Assembly: GCA_963693365.1 (NCBI GenBank)
Contig: CAVNZM010000003.1
Location: 9,127,019-9,191,018, forward strand
Origin: Amoebidium appalachense
Lineage: Eukaryota > Protista > Ichthyosporea
DNA length: 64,000 nucleotides
Direction: 5' to 3'
Made by a program: the position numbers and the translations under genes. This document shows, one piece after another, positions 41,549 through 63,857 of the stretch. Numbering within the stretch: position 1 is the stretch's first letter; the number at the start of each line of letters is the position of its first letter. Below the pieces are notes generated by a model. It saw only the letters and a program-made list of their open reading frames with translations. It was not told the DNA's origin and did no database searches.

Positions 41549-42117
41549 TGCGTGTGTTTTTGTGTGCCTATGCACGTCCACTCAGTCTGAGACATGTGCA
41601 CATGTGTTTGTGGTTGTTCTGCACGTGAAATCCCATCTCCCCCACTCATGTTATCTGTTGCCTTCCATGCTGCACTCTCGCGCACCATCCCAATCTCCCC
41701 CCCCCCCCCCCCCCCCCCCCCCCACACACACATACCCCTCTCTTTCTCCCCCCCTCCCCCTCCCCCCCACCACCACCACACACACACCCATCCCCACCCC
41801 CACCCATCGCTTCCTTTTCTCCCTCAACATGCAAGCACACTTGTATGCAAATTACCCGTTCCCCCACAATTATCTCCGCCTGCACGTTTTTTTTAATTTG
41901 GTAGGTTTTTATTTCTGGTTGTCTATTTTTTTGCGTTGTGCTGTGGTTGTTTTGTCTTCCATTGTCTCTTCCTCCATAAATACAACCATCTAACGCATAG
42001 GACCCCCCCCCCCCTCCCCTCCCCTCTCCACACACACACGTACATACTTCTTCGCGGGGCAGAAAAAATTACAGAGACAACACTCTTCTGCTCGAGGCTC
42101 GTACCCTGGCCACTGAC

Positions 42118-42164
<47 letters not shown>

Positions 42165-42970
42165 TTTCTCCCCTGGACCACAACCACCACCACCATACTA
42201 ACATCTCCCCTTTTAGCCTTTTACCGTACTCGCTCTGCTTCACGTGCACGTGAATTAGCATATAGGTATCCTCCCCCGTCTCGATCCCTCCCCCCGAGGG
42301 TTCCCTCTCCCCGTCCCTTAGAATTGCTTAAGTTCTGGTATAATTACGGTCACCAATTCGAAATCATAAAAGGTTTGCTAGGAAGGTGGCACGAATCAGT
42401 CGCCGTGGGTAGGAGCTTTTGTGAGGCATCCGGTGGTAATGATGGTGATTCGGGTGTGTGATCACGCATCATGATATGAAGACATGCGTGAACCAACCTC
42501 GTGTTGACGCACATGGGCAAAACTGTCCAGATATCGGTGTCAACATAAAACTTTGAACAAGCCTCAATGCTTAGGTTAGCGTAGCGGCATTGAAGCTTTG
42601 TTGGGGTGGGGCCTTTATTAGCGGTATTACAGGTTTTAAAGTTACTTTCCTATTGGATATGAGTCATTTATTTACATCACCAGAAATAATCGCCATCACA
42701 CTGTGCTTCTGGACAACCAATGGAATCGCTTTACAAATCGGTCTAACATTCCTTTTGAGTGACGGAAATTGGACCATCGAGGATGCGCATGGGTTTTTTA
42801 TCTTCCAAGAGAAAGAAAGCGAAACAAGAGACCTGAAAATTACTACAAACGTATGAGAATGCATAGACATTCAAATTCAGGTTCAAAAAAGCAGCACGGA
42901 CATATGTATCGCAATATCAAAAGGTGGCATGTAAAATTTGCAACGGAATGCGTCATCCGGAAATCGCCCT

Positions 42971-42976
42971 TATAAA
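42971..42976 (+). promoter_or_regulatory. Candidate TATA box of the secreted prepro-protein gene
   Basis: TATAAA 76 nt upstream of an ATG in A-rich context (ACAAAC ATG, 43047). Confidence 0.5.
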
Positions 42977-43046
42977 CTCCTTCGCATCTCCACTTTCTCC
43001 ATTCACCGACCTCCGAAGCTTGAACCACCCACAACTACAAACAAAC

Positions 43047-43685
43047 ATGAAACTCACGTTTGTGCTGGCGGCCGTCGGTGCGCTCTGTGCCAGCGGCACC
43101 TACGCCAAGGACAACCCCGTCATGAACTGTGGCATGTGGGTGGCCAGCCACGGCAGCCCGGGCTGCGCTGGCAACACCAAGTTCATTGGCGTGTACAGGG
43201 AGTGCACGCGGTGGACCAGCAGCATTGGAAAGTGCACGCCAAGCAGGTGCTGCAAGAAGAGCCAGCCGGCGCCCAGCAAGCCCCAGCCACGACCCCAGCC
43301 CAACGGCGGCAGCCGCCCTAGCCGCCCCAACCGCCCCAGTCGGCCAAGCCGCCCCGCAGGCTCAAGCGAATACCAGAAGGGGTACATGGAAGCACAAAGA
43401 GATGCTTTGAAGGTGTGCCTTGAGGATGCCGGGGAAGACAAGAGGAAGAGAAGAGAGGCACTTTGGGAGGATGAGGAGGACATGTGGGATATGAGGGGTA
43501 AGAGTGAGCAGCAGGAGGATGAATGGGATATGGGTAAGAGCGGGCAGGAAGGGGACGAGTGGGAGATGGGAAAGAGAGGGCAGCACGTCGAGGCTAGGAA
43601 GAGTGACTGGGACCGAGGGTATGATGATGCATGGGACAAAACTTATTATGCGTGCATGCGTAAATACGACGACTGGGTTTTCTGA
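43047..43685 (+). CDS. Intronless secreted prepro-protein, 212 aa, function unknown
   Basis: Signal peptide MKLTFVLAAVGALCASGTYA, then a 6-Cys domain, an (RPS)n linker, a KRKRR site and acidic W(D/E)M(R)GK repeats. Strong GC3 codon bias in the 5' half. The start is taken at the ATG preceding the signal peptide rather than the track's 42924. Confidence 0.85.
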   Translation: MKLTFVLAAVGALCASGTYAKDNPVMNCGMWVASHGSPGCAGNTKFIGVYRECTRWTSSIGKCTPSRCCKKSQPAPSKPQPRPQPNGGSRPSRPNRPSRPSRPAGSSEYQKGYMEAQRDALKVCLEDAGEDKRKRREALWEDEEDMWDMRGKSEQQEDEWDMGKSGQEGDEWEMGKRGQHVEARKSDWDRGYDDAWDKTYYACMRKYDDWVF

Positions 43686-44749
43686 TCAACATGGGTTGTA
43701 AAGTCTTAAATCTATTTATCCACATGTACCATATAGGAAAGCGTGAAAAGCCGGCTGTTTTCAACAGCCTATAAACAATATTTGGCTGTAGTCGAGTTTC
43801 TACTTGCTGGGTGTTAGCAAATGCCAGAAAGCCTGCTACAATCAAGTGTAAACTGAACTTTGAGGGGTATGCAATAAGCAAGGACTGTGCTATGTGTAGC
43901 CGGGCTCTCATATGCTTTCCGAAAAAAAACTGCGCCGCTGCATGTATATTTTGGGCACGGCACCTAACAATCAGGGAGCTGCACACAGATAATATAGTAG
44001 TAAGTTCAAATTATGCATCACCAATGCCCACTGTGTCTCCCAAACATGAAATGTCAAATAAAAGGTGGTATTTGAATATCGGAAGTCAAGTTGTCTTCGA
44101 TGTTACACTGGAACATCACAGGTAGAACTCCTTGCTTACTAGATGCATGGATCAGCTTTCGAAACTCCTTCATTGTTTCAGCTTGCAAAGACTCTCCCCC
44201 TCCCTCTCTCCCATCCGGTGTTTTAGTCTTCGTATCGAGGTGCCTGAAGTTGATGTTGCCTGAGGACAGTGTGAGGAAAAAAGTTGCAGCGTCCCCCCCT
44301 CCCCCTCCCCCCCCCCCCCCCCCCCCCCCCCCCTTCCCCCTCCCTTTTCCCCTCCAAATCCCCCCTCTCCCCGGCACAGAAGGGGCCCATCTGCTCGGCT
44401 GGGTAATAGGCCCCCTTCACCCCTTCCTCCAGCTCCCCGTAGCTTGGGTTGCTGTAGGAGCCTCCTCAACCCTCCTTCCCCCCTTTCCCCCTCCCCCCCC
44501 TCCCCCCCTCCCCCCTCTAAAACAAACCCTCCCCCAACCCCAGTCCCGATCTCATATATAGGCCTCCGACAGTAATTGTCCCCCCCCCCCCCCCCCCCCC
44601 CCTCCCCCCTTTTTTCCTTCCCTCCAACCGTTAGCTTCATTTTTCTTTCACGTAGAATTTCGTTCCGGTTGTGTGTGTTTGTGTGTGTGTGTGTGTGTGT
44701 TTGTGCGTGTGTGCATGCGCTTGTGCATGTTTGTGTGTATATGTGTGAC

Positions 44750-44820
<71 letters not shown>

Positions 44821-44845
44821 TGTGCACGTGCGTGTGTGCGTGCAC

Positions 44846-44882
<37 letters not shown>

Positions 44883-45714
44883 TGTGTGAACGTGAATGTG
44901 TGCATGTCTGATTGTGTGTGCTTTCGTGTACGTGTGGTACACGCGGGTGCGTGTGTGTGTGTGCCGGTGTGTGCAATATACATGTGTGACGGTGTGTGTG
45001 TGGGCGTGTGTGTTAGAGATGTGCGTGTGTGTGTGTGTGTGCGCGTGCGCGCGTGCGTGTGTCACGTGTGTGCGCGCGCGCGTTTGTGGCGCACATCATC
45101 CACAGGCCCTTAGGTGTGAATGTATACATATAATAATACATCGCCACTAAGTGTGGATTACAAGAATGTGCACGAGCCAAAGGAACTTGACATCTTACTA
45201 CTGGGTCGTCTTCTGCCCAAACGGGGCAAGCACCAGTTAGACTCTGATATAATGTATTGAAGACATAGGGACTTGTTAGAATTAGTTAACCATTTTTCAG
45301 CTATACCACGGGTAGACGACTAAATGATCAACGGTTCCCGAACGTTAACGTTGTAACAAGGTTTGAACACATTGTCACGAAGATTTGAAGGGTTTATTAT
45401 AAGAAGGTCTGGACGTCCTTTTTATATTGACAAGTGAAGTTTGCTGTGAACGTGAATTGCCACATGCACAAACCAGCACGTGAGTATGTGATAATAAAAT
45501 GAAACTGCAGGCACAGCACAAACACTCATGTCCACGCAGACGAGCAACCTGCCACACCATGCACCGTGTACATGTACAAGTTGTTTTTGAAGTTGTACAT
45601 GTGTGTGGCACACCGGGTGCGACACCTGCGCGCACACATTCGCACACAGGCACACGGATTGAAACAGGCGCCGCGCCGCGGCATACACACACATACACCC
45701 TCACACCCACCGTG

Positions 45715-45759
<45 letters not shown>

Positions 45760-45913
45760 ACACACGCACTCACACGCACGACACACACGCGTGGATTGCA
45801 CGGATGTGTGCTGGTGTTTTGCGTGTGTGGTCGTTTCTTGAGGGAGTTCGAATTAGAAGAGTAAGGGTATCCCTTTAAACCTTTCAAAGTTCCACTTAAA
45901 GAGCAGCATTTTT

Positions 45914-45945
<32 letters not shown>

Positions 45946-46338
45946 ATTTTCGAAAGACGCAATGATATCGATGGGCCCACCTCACCTCCCCCGTCCCCCA
46001 GTTGGCCCTTGTAGGGGTTGTGGATCCCCCCCCCCCCCCCTCCCCCCCCCCTCCCCCCTCCCCCCCTCCCCCCTCCCCCTCTGCCCCCTCCCCCCACCAG
46101 CAGCCTGCCCCCGCCTGCCCCAGCTTTACAAGATTTTTGAAATCAAATGCGCAGGTTTGTGCATGAACAACTCACTTGTGCCCTACTGTGCACTCTCGGC
46201 ACACTTGGCTGGGCCGAAGCTACAAATACGTGGCATAACCCCTGCAAATTGAATGGTCCGTTGGTCTAAGGGCCCACATTCACTCCTTCCACACCAGAAA
46301 CAACATCGTAAGACATATCATTCAGAAGGGCCCAACCC

Positions 46339-46753
46339 CATCAGCAGAATAAGCTGATGGAAGCTGAATCATTTCTGTTCCAATAGCATAACTGTCCCGC
46401 AAAAAGCAGAATTATTCCGCTTCGAGCAGACCCATTCTTCATCTACGTGAATCAAGTTTCTTTTCCTGCTGCAAGCAGAATTGTTTTACTGTTTGGCGGA
46501 AATTTCTTCTTTTACTAGAATTTTCCCTTTCAGTAGATTGATTGTGACAGAAGCAGTATATTCTGCGATCTCCAGAATAGCTCTGTGTTTGCATAATCAC
46601 GATATAGCCAAAACCAGAATTTGCAATTCTGCTTTTGCAGAATCACTTTTTTCTCTGAACAATATAGCCAGAAGCAGAGTAATTCTGTGTTAGGGAAACT
46701 ATTTTTGTTTTCGGCAGAATAATCCAGCTGCAGGCAAGTTGATTCTGCTGATG
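46339..46753. mobile_element. MITE-like foldback element
   Basis: 12-bp inverted repeats CATCAGCAGAAT / ATTCTGCTGATG, with many internal GCAGAAT/ATTCTGC motifs in both orientations. No clear TSD. Confidence 0.55.
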
Positions 46754-47223
46754 TGATGTGCCCGGTCCCTTTCAGATGATTCCGTGCATGTGCCATTAAT
46801 ATTAGCATTATATGTATGGCACCCTGCCCACAGAGAGCAGTTATAGCGAGCTAATTTGTTTACACATATGATCTGCACACATGCATGCACACACCGGTGC
46901 AAAAAAAGTGAATTATTGCAGATGAAATCAAGTTTCAGAGGAGCGCACCGGGGGAGAGGGGAGTGGGGTTAGGGGAGGGGGGAGGGGGGAGGGGGGAGGG
47001 GAAATCGATTGGCCCTTGGTGGTATAACCTTTGTTGTCTTTAAACTTTTGAATCCATCTCCTACCTTCTAGATCTGGAAAAAGGATGGGAGGGGAGGGAG
47101 GGGGGAGGAAGGCCAATCGATATCTGCCTAAAGGTGCCGGTCCCCTCAAATGCTAACCCAATTGGGGTGGGTGACTAGATCCCCCCCCCCCCCCCCTCCC
47201 CCCCCCCCCCCCTCCCCCTCCCC

Positions 47224-47254
<31 letters not shown>

Positions 47255-47413
47255 CATCAGTCGGGGAGGAAGAGGTGGTTCCTCCCCCCTCCCTCCCCCC
47301 TCCCCCGGCCCCCGGCCCCCCCCCCCCCCCCCCCCCCCCCCACACCCCCCACCCACCCACCCACCCACTCACCCACCACCACCCCAGCGTGCTCGACTGT
47401 GAGTAGTCGATTG

Positions 47414-48295
47414 TGAGCCACTTTAGTGGCTCGAATGGGTCGAAATTGCCACTAAAGTGGCTCGTACCGGACGACCACCCCTGCCTGTAGCGTAGTGGAC
47501 GAGAGTCGCCCGCGCTTTCTGGGTATGCCCAGTTAGCTGCTGAAGTTTCCTGCCTTTTTCGTCTTTGGACCAAGGTGATTGGTGTAATAAAATAGGGCGC
47601 CAGCGCTTGCCAACCAACAAGGGGTATCGTGTTTTTTTCGCATTCACACCTCGGCAGTCGACAGATATTTCAGCCCGGAAGCGGCCGCGCGCGGGTGAAC
47701 CCCTTGAGGACGGTACATAAGGTACATAGTGAACTCGATGAAAAGACAATAAAAGCCTTCAAATTTTGCCGTTAGCATGCTAGAAACATACACTTTGCTT
47801 TCTGCTACTTTTTAAAGGTTTCCACGCACCTGGAAGCAACTATATTTTGACATAATCAAAAACTTGTCCAGAGAGCCCAGTTTGACTGGGGGGGGGGGGG
47901 GGGGGGGGGGGGGGGATGTGCTGCTCGATTCCGCCCGGCTGCCGACCTCCATTTTCGGTGGAGGAAGGCTATCTCCTACAGAACGCTACTAAGTGATCTC
48001 GGTGAAATGACGACGCAAAAGCTTCAAATTTTGCAAGTAGCATGCCAACACTATGCTCTTTGTTTTCTACTAATTATTTTAGGGCGTAGCACACCGTGGG
48101 GAGGCAATATTTCGAACATAACCAAAATTTCGTCCAGAAAATTAAGATCTTCGCTTACAACCCCAAGTTTCCTGCGCAGTATGAAGCAGACATTAGAGAC
48201 GTCGATGTGTAGTTTGTTTTGTGAGTTTTGTATATTTACTACCACTTAATAGGGATCGCGCACAACTAGGTCATTCGAGCCACAAAAGTGGCTCA
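47414..48295. mobile_element. Non-autonomous DNA transposon (MITE) with 24-bp TIRs
   Basis: TGAGCCACTTTAGTGGCTCGAATG and CATTCGAGCCACAAAAGTGGCTCA (one mismatch). Flanks are GATTG and GATCG. A diverged internal direct repeat starts at ~47752 and ~48018. Confidence 0.75.
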
Positions 48296-48519
48296 GATCG
48301 CCGGTCGGCTTATCAATATTTAGTAGATAACCATAAGGTGTAGACGTTACCCTCCTTGTCCCTCCTTGTGAAACTCCCAAATTAGTCTACTAGTCTAAAT
48401 AGGCATATGTCCCCATATACCCCCCCTCCCCCCTCCCTGAAGTCCCCCTCTGGCCATTAAGAGCTCTAGTCAAGGGCTGCACGGTGTCAGTGTGTGTGTG
48501 TGTGTGTGCATGTGTGAAC

Positions 48520-48565
<46 letters not shown>

Positions 48566-49384
48566 GGGCTACGGGGATATATTAGAGCTAATCAAAAAGG
48601 CTACCCCCCTCCCCCCTCCCCCCTGCCGCGCCCCCTTCCCCCCCCCCCCCCCCCCCTCCTCCCCTCCTTCCCCCACTCCCCCCCCCCCCCCCCACTCTCG
48701 CCACTCCCCCCCAACTCAACCCCCACCCCCCACCCCCCCTTCTCCAACCTGTACCAGCCCTAACCTAACCAACCACATCAAAAACAGTGCAAGCCGAATC
48801 AATGCTATGGTCAGGGTCAGAGTCGAGGGAACGGGACGCTGGGAGGCAAAGGGAAAGGCGGCGAGGTTCAAAAGTGAGAGTTATGTGGTGTCTTTTGGTG
48901 GTGTTCTTTTATTTGGAAGGGGAGGCGAGGTGGGTGGGGGAGGGCAGGAATTGGAAACTAATGTTACTACGTATAACGTTTTTTATCTCTATGTTTGTGT
49001 GTGTGTGTGTTGGGAGAGGGGAGGGGAGGGGGAGAGGGGGGGGGGGGGGGGGAGAGCATAAAGCCTCGGTCCTCTGTGAGAAGTCACCGCTCGATCTAAC
49101 CCCCCCCCCCCCCCCCCCTTGGTTACACTCTGGAGGGGCGCTATATCGTAGTGTGTCCATGTTCAAATCCTGCCCGAGATCCCAATTCGGTGACATCGCG
49201 GGGGGCCACTATACGGGGGGGGGGGGGGGGGGGGGGGGGGGGTGGAGAGGGGGGGGGGGGGGGGGGGGGGCGCTTATACTGAGGGCGCTATAACGAGCTG
49301 TGCTGAGAGTCTATACAACAAAGCTGCACGTGCATGCAGCATTCCAAATGCAGACACTCTAACCGAGGGATAACACCAATTCAG

Positions 49385-53732
<4,348 letters not shown>

Positions 53733-54093
53733 GTGATGTATATCGTGGAGTATGTTTGGGTTATGTTATATGTGAATGTTAGAGGTGTAAATGATTGCAA
53801 GTAATAGCCATACGAGGGGGATAGCCTGGAAAGTAAGTACATACGGAGAGTGTGCTCAATGTAATACGGTAATAGTGAGAGAGCCTCAGAACTGTATGAA
53901 AGTAATCGACTGTGATAAATATTCGAAATGGGTGGTGGTGGTGAATGTGGTCGTAGGACCCAGACATTACCAGGTATATGATTGTCAACTATTAATATTT
54001 AAGACTTTGCGTTGGGTGTGTAAGCCAAAGATCTCTAAACATCAGAATGCCCGTAGCAGCCCACACAAACGATGTACGAAAATCATTCGGCAG

Positions 54094-54130
<37 letters not shown>

Positions 54131-54517
54131 AAATAAAAAATAAAAAAAAAAAGCGGGGGGGGGGGGGGGGGGGGGGGGGGCATCATAACCAGCCCGTCAA
54201 GGCACACGCACACACACAACCCACGAGCAAGTACTAGTCGCCCCCAGTGTAACTGATTACATCCTTGTCGCATGGAATACCACCTCCCTCCCTTCATCCC
54301 CCCCCCCCCCCCCCCCCCCCCCAAAGCTCCAAAACACACACATAAACACCAGGGAATCTAGGAATTCCTATGTTGGAAATGACTTGACAATAGTACTAAG
54401 CTGCATCACAAAAAGCACAGCAGATTGCTGATTACGATTAGCCGTTTTGATTGGGACGCAACTGACGGCCTATCAAGCTCGGTTTGGAAAGGCTACTTTT
54501 TTTTTTTTTTTTTTGGT

Positions 54518-54551
<34 letters not shown>

Positions 54552-54602
54552 TGAGTGTGTGCGCACGCCCCACATATTTTCACACACAAACACACACACA
54601 CG

Positions 54603-54647
<45 letters not shown>

Positions 54648-54688
54648 ACACACACACACACACACACACTCACTCACACTCACACTCA

Positions 54689-54736
<48 letters not shown>

Positions 54737-55001
54737 ACACACACACACACAAGTTCACCCACCCACCCCACCCACAGTGGCACACACACACACACACACA
54801 CACCGTGACACACCCACACCCACACACACACACCCACCCACCCACACACACACACACACACACATACGCAGACATTTTGCAGACACCGTAGTAAGGGATC
54901 CCTTAAAGTTACGTAAGGTTCACACACTGGCATACTATAACTTTTGGCGACACACATATACAGGCACATTCTCACTTGAACATTGTGGCACATGTACACG
55001 C

Positions 55002-55038
<37 letters not shown>

Positions 55039-55098
55039 TAGGGTAATTCTGCCCGTAGAGATTCATCCAGCTCATATAAATGCATGTGGTTGGGCCAT

Positions 55099-55130
<32 letters not shown>

Positions 55131-55365
55131 CTTCCCCCCCCCCTCCCCCCCCCCCCACCCACCCTTCTCTGTATCCCTGTCTCACTCCCTCTCTCTCCCT
55201 CTCTCACCTCTTCTCTCTCTCTCTCTCTATCCCTCTCTCTCTCTCTCTCTCTCTCCCCCCCCCCCTCCCCCCCCCCCTCTCCCCCTGCCCCCCCCCCCCC
55301 CCCATTCTGTCCGTCTCTCTCTTTCCCGTTATCTTTCCTTATTTCTCTCTTTCTCTTTCTCTTTC

Positions 55366-55397
<32 letters not shown>

Positions 55398-56165
55398 TTC
55401 CCTTTAACTTTCTCTCACTGAGATGTGCACAAACCGGGTATGATACGCGTGCGCACCCTTAAGCCCACAGTCACGCACGCTCGCGCGCGCACACACACAA
55501 GCCCACACAGGCACACACATAAATTCATAGCTACATAGCCAGGCAACGGCTGGGCACCATGCACACCCAAAGGTGCATTGGGGGCTTATGCAGGAAAGGT
55601 TTAAGAATACATAGCATACGAAGCATCGTTTTTATTACTGAAGGGATTGGTGCATTCCGTGTCATCTCCATGGGCGGTGGTCCAAAAAAATGATAAAGCT
55701 TCATCGCATGCATCTGCACCGTAATTTTGAAACATAACTTCTCGAACCCACTTTTGCTTAGCTGTGATGGTGGGGGCTGCATTGGGGCAGCTGCCTCCCC
55801 CCGGGGAGGGGGGAGGGGGGGAGGAGGCTCAATCCTTCGGACTTGGTTGAGCTGTGTTCGGTGCAGGATCCGGAGGCTTGCACGGTCTATAATAAGTTGC
55901 AAACTTCAGAGATGGGGGCACTGCCTTCGTATTTCTTCACCGGCATATATATACATATACATATACATACATCTATATATATATGGCTTGCTACGGTTTA
56001 CACTGCAGGCCAACGCTCGCTGACCAGAAGGACCAAGTGAAATAGACACAACACGAAACTAGGACACATGTGCACCCCGGCCCCGTGCCACTTGGGTGAA
56101 GCCTATACCAGATTCTGAACGACAAAGAAGGAATCACACCAGGCAGGTTTTGGCAGAATCTAGCT

Positions 56166-56204
<39 letters not shown>

Positions 56205-57046
56205 CCCGCCCGCCCGCCCCGCCCGCCCCTCGACCTGCCCCCGGCCACCCCTTCTTTCCCGCACTCCCCTACCCTTCTCTCTCACCATTTCCCCCCAGTC
56301 CTCCTGCCCTCCGAATCTCCCCCCTCCCCCCTCCCCCCTCGCCCACCACCCCCAATATAGCCAAATCAAAAACATCAAACAGAGGATACTTGACAAACCA
56401 CCAGTTAATGGTCCTAGCTCTGAATTTCACGTGCCCCATCCCCAATTGCTCGCCTCCTCTCTCTCCCCCTTCGTGTGAGCTGCACGAGGCCCGTTTGCGC
56501 CGACTGCGTCTCGGTGTCACGTGCACAGAGCAGCTCAGAGCCCGGCCGTAACGGTGCGCGCTTCCGCGCACCGCAGCTGCTACAACACGATTGGCTAGGA
56601 ACGCATCAAGGAAGACATGCCAAATACGGCTATTGACTTTCCTAATTAGGCAGGAAGGCTGCCTTTTTTCAAAGTTCTTGAATTTATGCACAACACAGGC
56701 ACGAGCACCATCACTTACACACATGCACGCCCACACACTCTCCCTCGCGCATTGCCAGCATGAAAATGACCCCTCATTCCTACCAGATACCAAAGTCGAA
56801 CATAGCAAGGATCATGGTCCGAGCAACTGGTCGGAGGGAGTCTTCGCCGAGTGCCAGGCTGTGAGCGAAGGCACGAGCATGTGAATGAGATGCAACTACG
56901 GCCTGCCCAGCTTAGGTTGCTAGAAGATTCCGATGTGGTAGTGTTTGCTAGTGAAAATGGCTTTCACTGATGAGTGCAAAGACTCTTTGCATCGGGTTTG
57001 ACAAGTTGAGTACGGTGTATGTATGTGTGCCCGGCGGGGGGAGGGG

Positions 57047-57090
<44 letters not shown>

Positions 57091-57490
57091 CACCACGACA
57101 GCTCGCAGTCGGGTACTGCTATGTTTAATACAACCATAATATGATGAATAATAAATGGATAACACATTAAATAAAAATTGCAACGACGTTTTTGGTGTAT
57201 TAAGAACAATCACCTCAATATTGCAGATATACTATTGATGTACGTATACGGTCTCAACATTGCAGGCCTAGGTGTATCATTAGTAGGAACTTTGTTGCCA
57301 TGTATTGTTCATATATTGCAATGGTATTACTCTCCGTCCTTGGATGTTTTTTAATACAATAATAATATATCGGTCATATACACGGCGTGTATTATTAATA
57401 CACACCATACGTTTTCACCGTGACTATTTGTAATGTATGTGTAATATACAAATAAATGGATCTGGCATATTGAGCCGTCCGAGCTGTGAG

Positions 57491-57523
<33 letters not shown>

Positions 57524-57611
57524 CAAACCTATGGGCAGAAAAAAAAATGCAAATGTCCGGTCACCTACAGTCAACTACGGGTATATAATTGTATAATATT
57601 AATGGTACATT

Positions 57612-58042
57612 CAAGGTATCTACAGGTAACCGTCTAACAGGCACTAGTGGTAAGCGTTGCAGTTGCCTACAGGTTTAAATGGCATGTATCGGCAACTTAC
57701 ACCCATTGACAAACCGTTGAATGAAACAACCGATACTCATTGGAACAAAGAATCGTAGAGCCCTGTAGGTACGTAAAGGTAACCTAGGTACCTCCAGGTA
57801 CCTACAGGTACCCGCGGGTAATTGTAGTGAACCATAATGTTTTCAACCGTTTAAGCCAGATTTCCCCTCTTTACTGCGGGTAGTTGTAGGTACCCACAGG
57901 AACCTGTAGGAACCCGTAGGAACCTGTAGGTACCTGGAGGTACCTGTAGGTACCTACAGGTTGCTCGAATGTGTCACCCGTTTTTCTACCTTCAGGGGGG
58001 AATTGTTACCAACAGGTGACCTGGAGGTGACTACCTGCAGGA
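57612..58042. repeat. Inverted clusters of a ~10-bp AGGTACCTAC motif (foldback-like)
   Basis: AGGTACCTCCAGGTACCTACAGGTACC at ~57786-57812, with the reverse-oriented array at ~57886-57960. Confidence 0.7.
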
Positions 58043-58071
58043 GTGTGCGGGTATTCCCCGGCTGGGGATAG

Positions 58072-58728
58072 GTCTCCAAAACCCTTACCCAGCACGAGTA
58101 GCCAATCACGGGCTGCGACAGTTTCGGGCCCCCCAAAAACCTAACCCCGCATGAGTAGCCAATCACAGGCTGCGACAGTTTCGGGACCTCCAAAAACCTA
58201 ACCCAGCATGAGTAGCCAATCACAGGTTGAGATAGTTTCGGGACCCCCAAAACCTAACCCAGCATGAGTAGCCAATCACAGGTTGAGACAGTTTTAGGCC
58301 GACCAAAAACCTAACCCCAGCATGAGTAGCAGCCAATCACAGGCTGCATCAGTTGCGGGACCCCCAAAAACCTAACCTAGCACGAGTAGCCAATCACAGG
58401 CTGCGACAGTTTCGGGACCCCCAAAAACCATTAGTAGCCAATCAGGGGTACAGACAGTTTTGGTCCCCCCAAAAACCTAACCCAGCATTAGTAGCCAATC
58501 ACAGGCTGTGCCAGCTGCGGGACCCCCAAAAACCTGACCCAGCCTGAGAAGCCAATCACAGGCTGCGTCAGTTGCGGGACTCCCAAAAACCTTACCCGGC
58601 ACGAGTAGCCAATCACAGGCTGTGACAGTTCCGGGACCCCCCAAAAAACCATGAGTAGCCAATCACAGGCTGCGACGTCAGTTTCGGGACCCCCAAAAAT
58701 CTAACCCAGTACGAGTAGCCAATCACAG
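58072..58728. repeat. ~58-60-bp minisatellite, ~12 copies, each with a CCAAT box
   Basis: Unit approximates GAGTAGCCAATCACAGGCTGCGACAGTTTCGGGACCCCCAAAAACCTAACCCAGCAT. Confidence 0.95.
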
Positions 58729-59124
58729 AAGGGGGGGGGGGGGATAAATTACGTATGCGATCATGATGGCGAATTGATTCGACATAACTTTTCTGTGTGG
58801 ACTCATAAGTCCCTGTCATTGATTGGTACCTTTGCACACAGCCGACCACAACTTTCGACCTCAATATCTTACAACACATTCATCGATACCTTTCCAACCA
58901 ATGCTGCCACTGCATGTGCATACAATTTTCATCTGACCTGCACTTAGTTTATAGCTATCTTCGTTACATACACAACTAGTCGTACTGGATGTTATAGCTG
59001 ACTGCAGCTATATATATCATGCCGGATCGAATTAAATCATTAGTGAAGGATCTCCTAAAAACTGAACCTTTCGCGCGCGCACGCGCGCACGTGCGTGTTT
59101 GTGCGTGTGCGTGTGCGTGTGCGT

Positions 59125-59155
<31 letters not shown>

Positions 59156-59216
59156 CGCGTGTGTGTGTTGTGTGTCTGTGTGTGTGTGTGTGTGTCACGG
59201 TGTGTGTGTGTGTCAC

Positions 59217-59249
<33 letters not shown>

Positions 59250-59607
59250 ATGTGTGTGTGCGCGTGCACGTGTTCATGATCATACTGAGGGTGGTGCTTG
59301 TGCTCGTGTAAATGGCAAGTATGCACGGTGCTTGTAACTCATGCTAACTCGCTTCCTGTCTACAAAAGGATGTCTCCTTCGTGATCGTAAAAAAAAGATC
59401 TTGCTATATTCAGTCCCAACAGTATCCAAGCGTCTATGCGTGAAGGGTCAAAGAAAGGTGAACGAGACAAACTAACTTCAGGTAGTTTGAACAGAAAAAC
59501 CATCCTAGAAATTCTTAACTGCTATACAGGCTCGCCCCAAAAAACAATTGCTTGTGTTAAGTGAAACAGACCATCGAAGCAAACTCTCCATTTCTCTGTC
59601 AACCCCC

Positions 59608-59647
<40 letters not shown>

Positions 59648-59716
59648 AAAAAGCGGGTGTCAACTAACCAACGGAGTTTGATTCGTGCAAAGTTACACGC
59701 CGAGTATCTGATTGGA

Positions 59717-63857
<4,141 letters not shown>

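Noticed and set aside
58072-58728. CRISPR-like array
   Set aside because: Units are head-to-tail with no unique spacers, there are no cas genes, and the context is eukaryotic.
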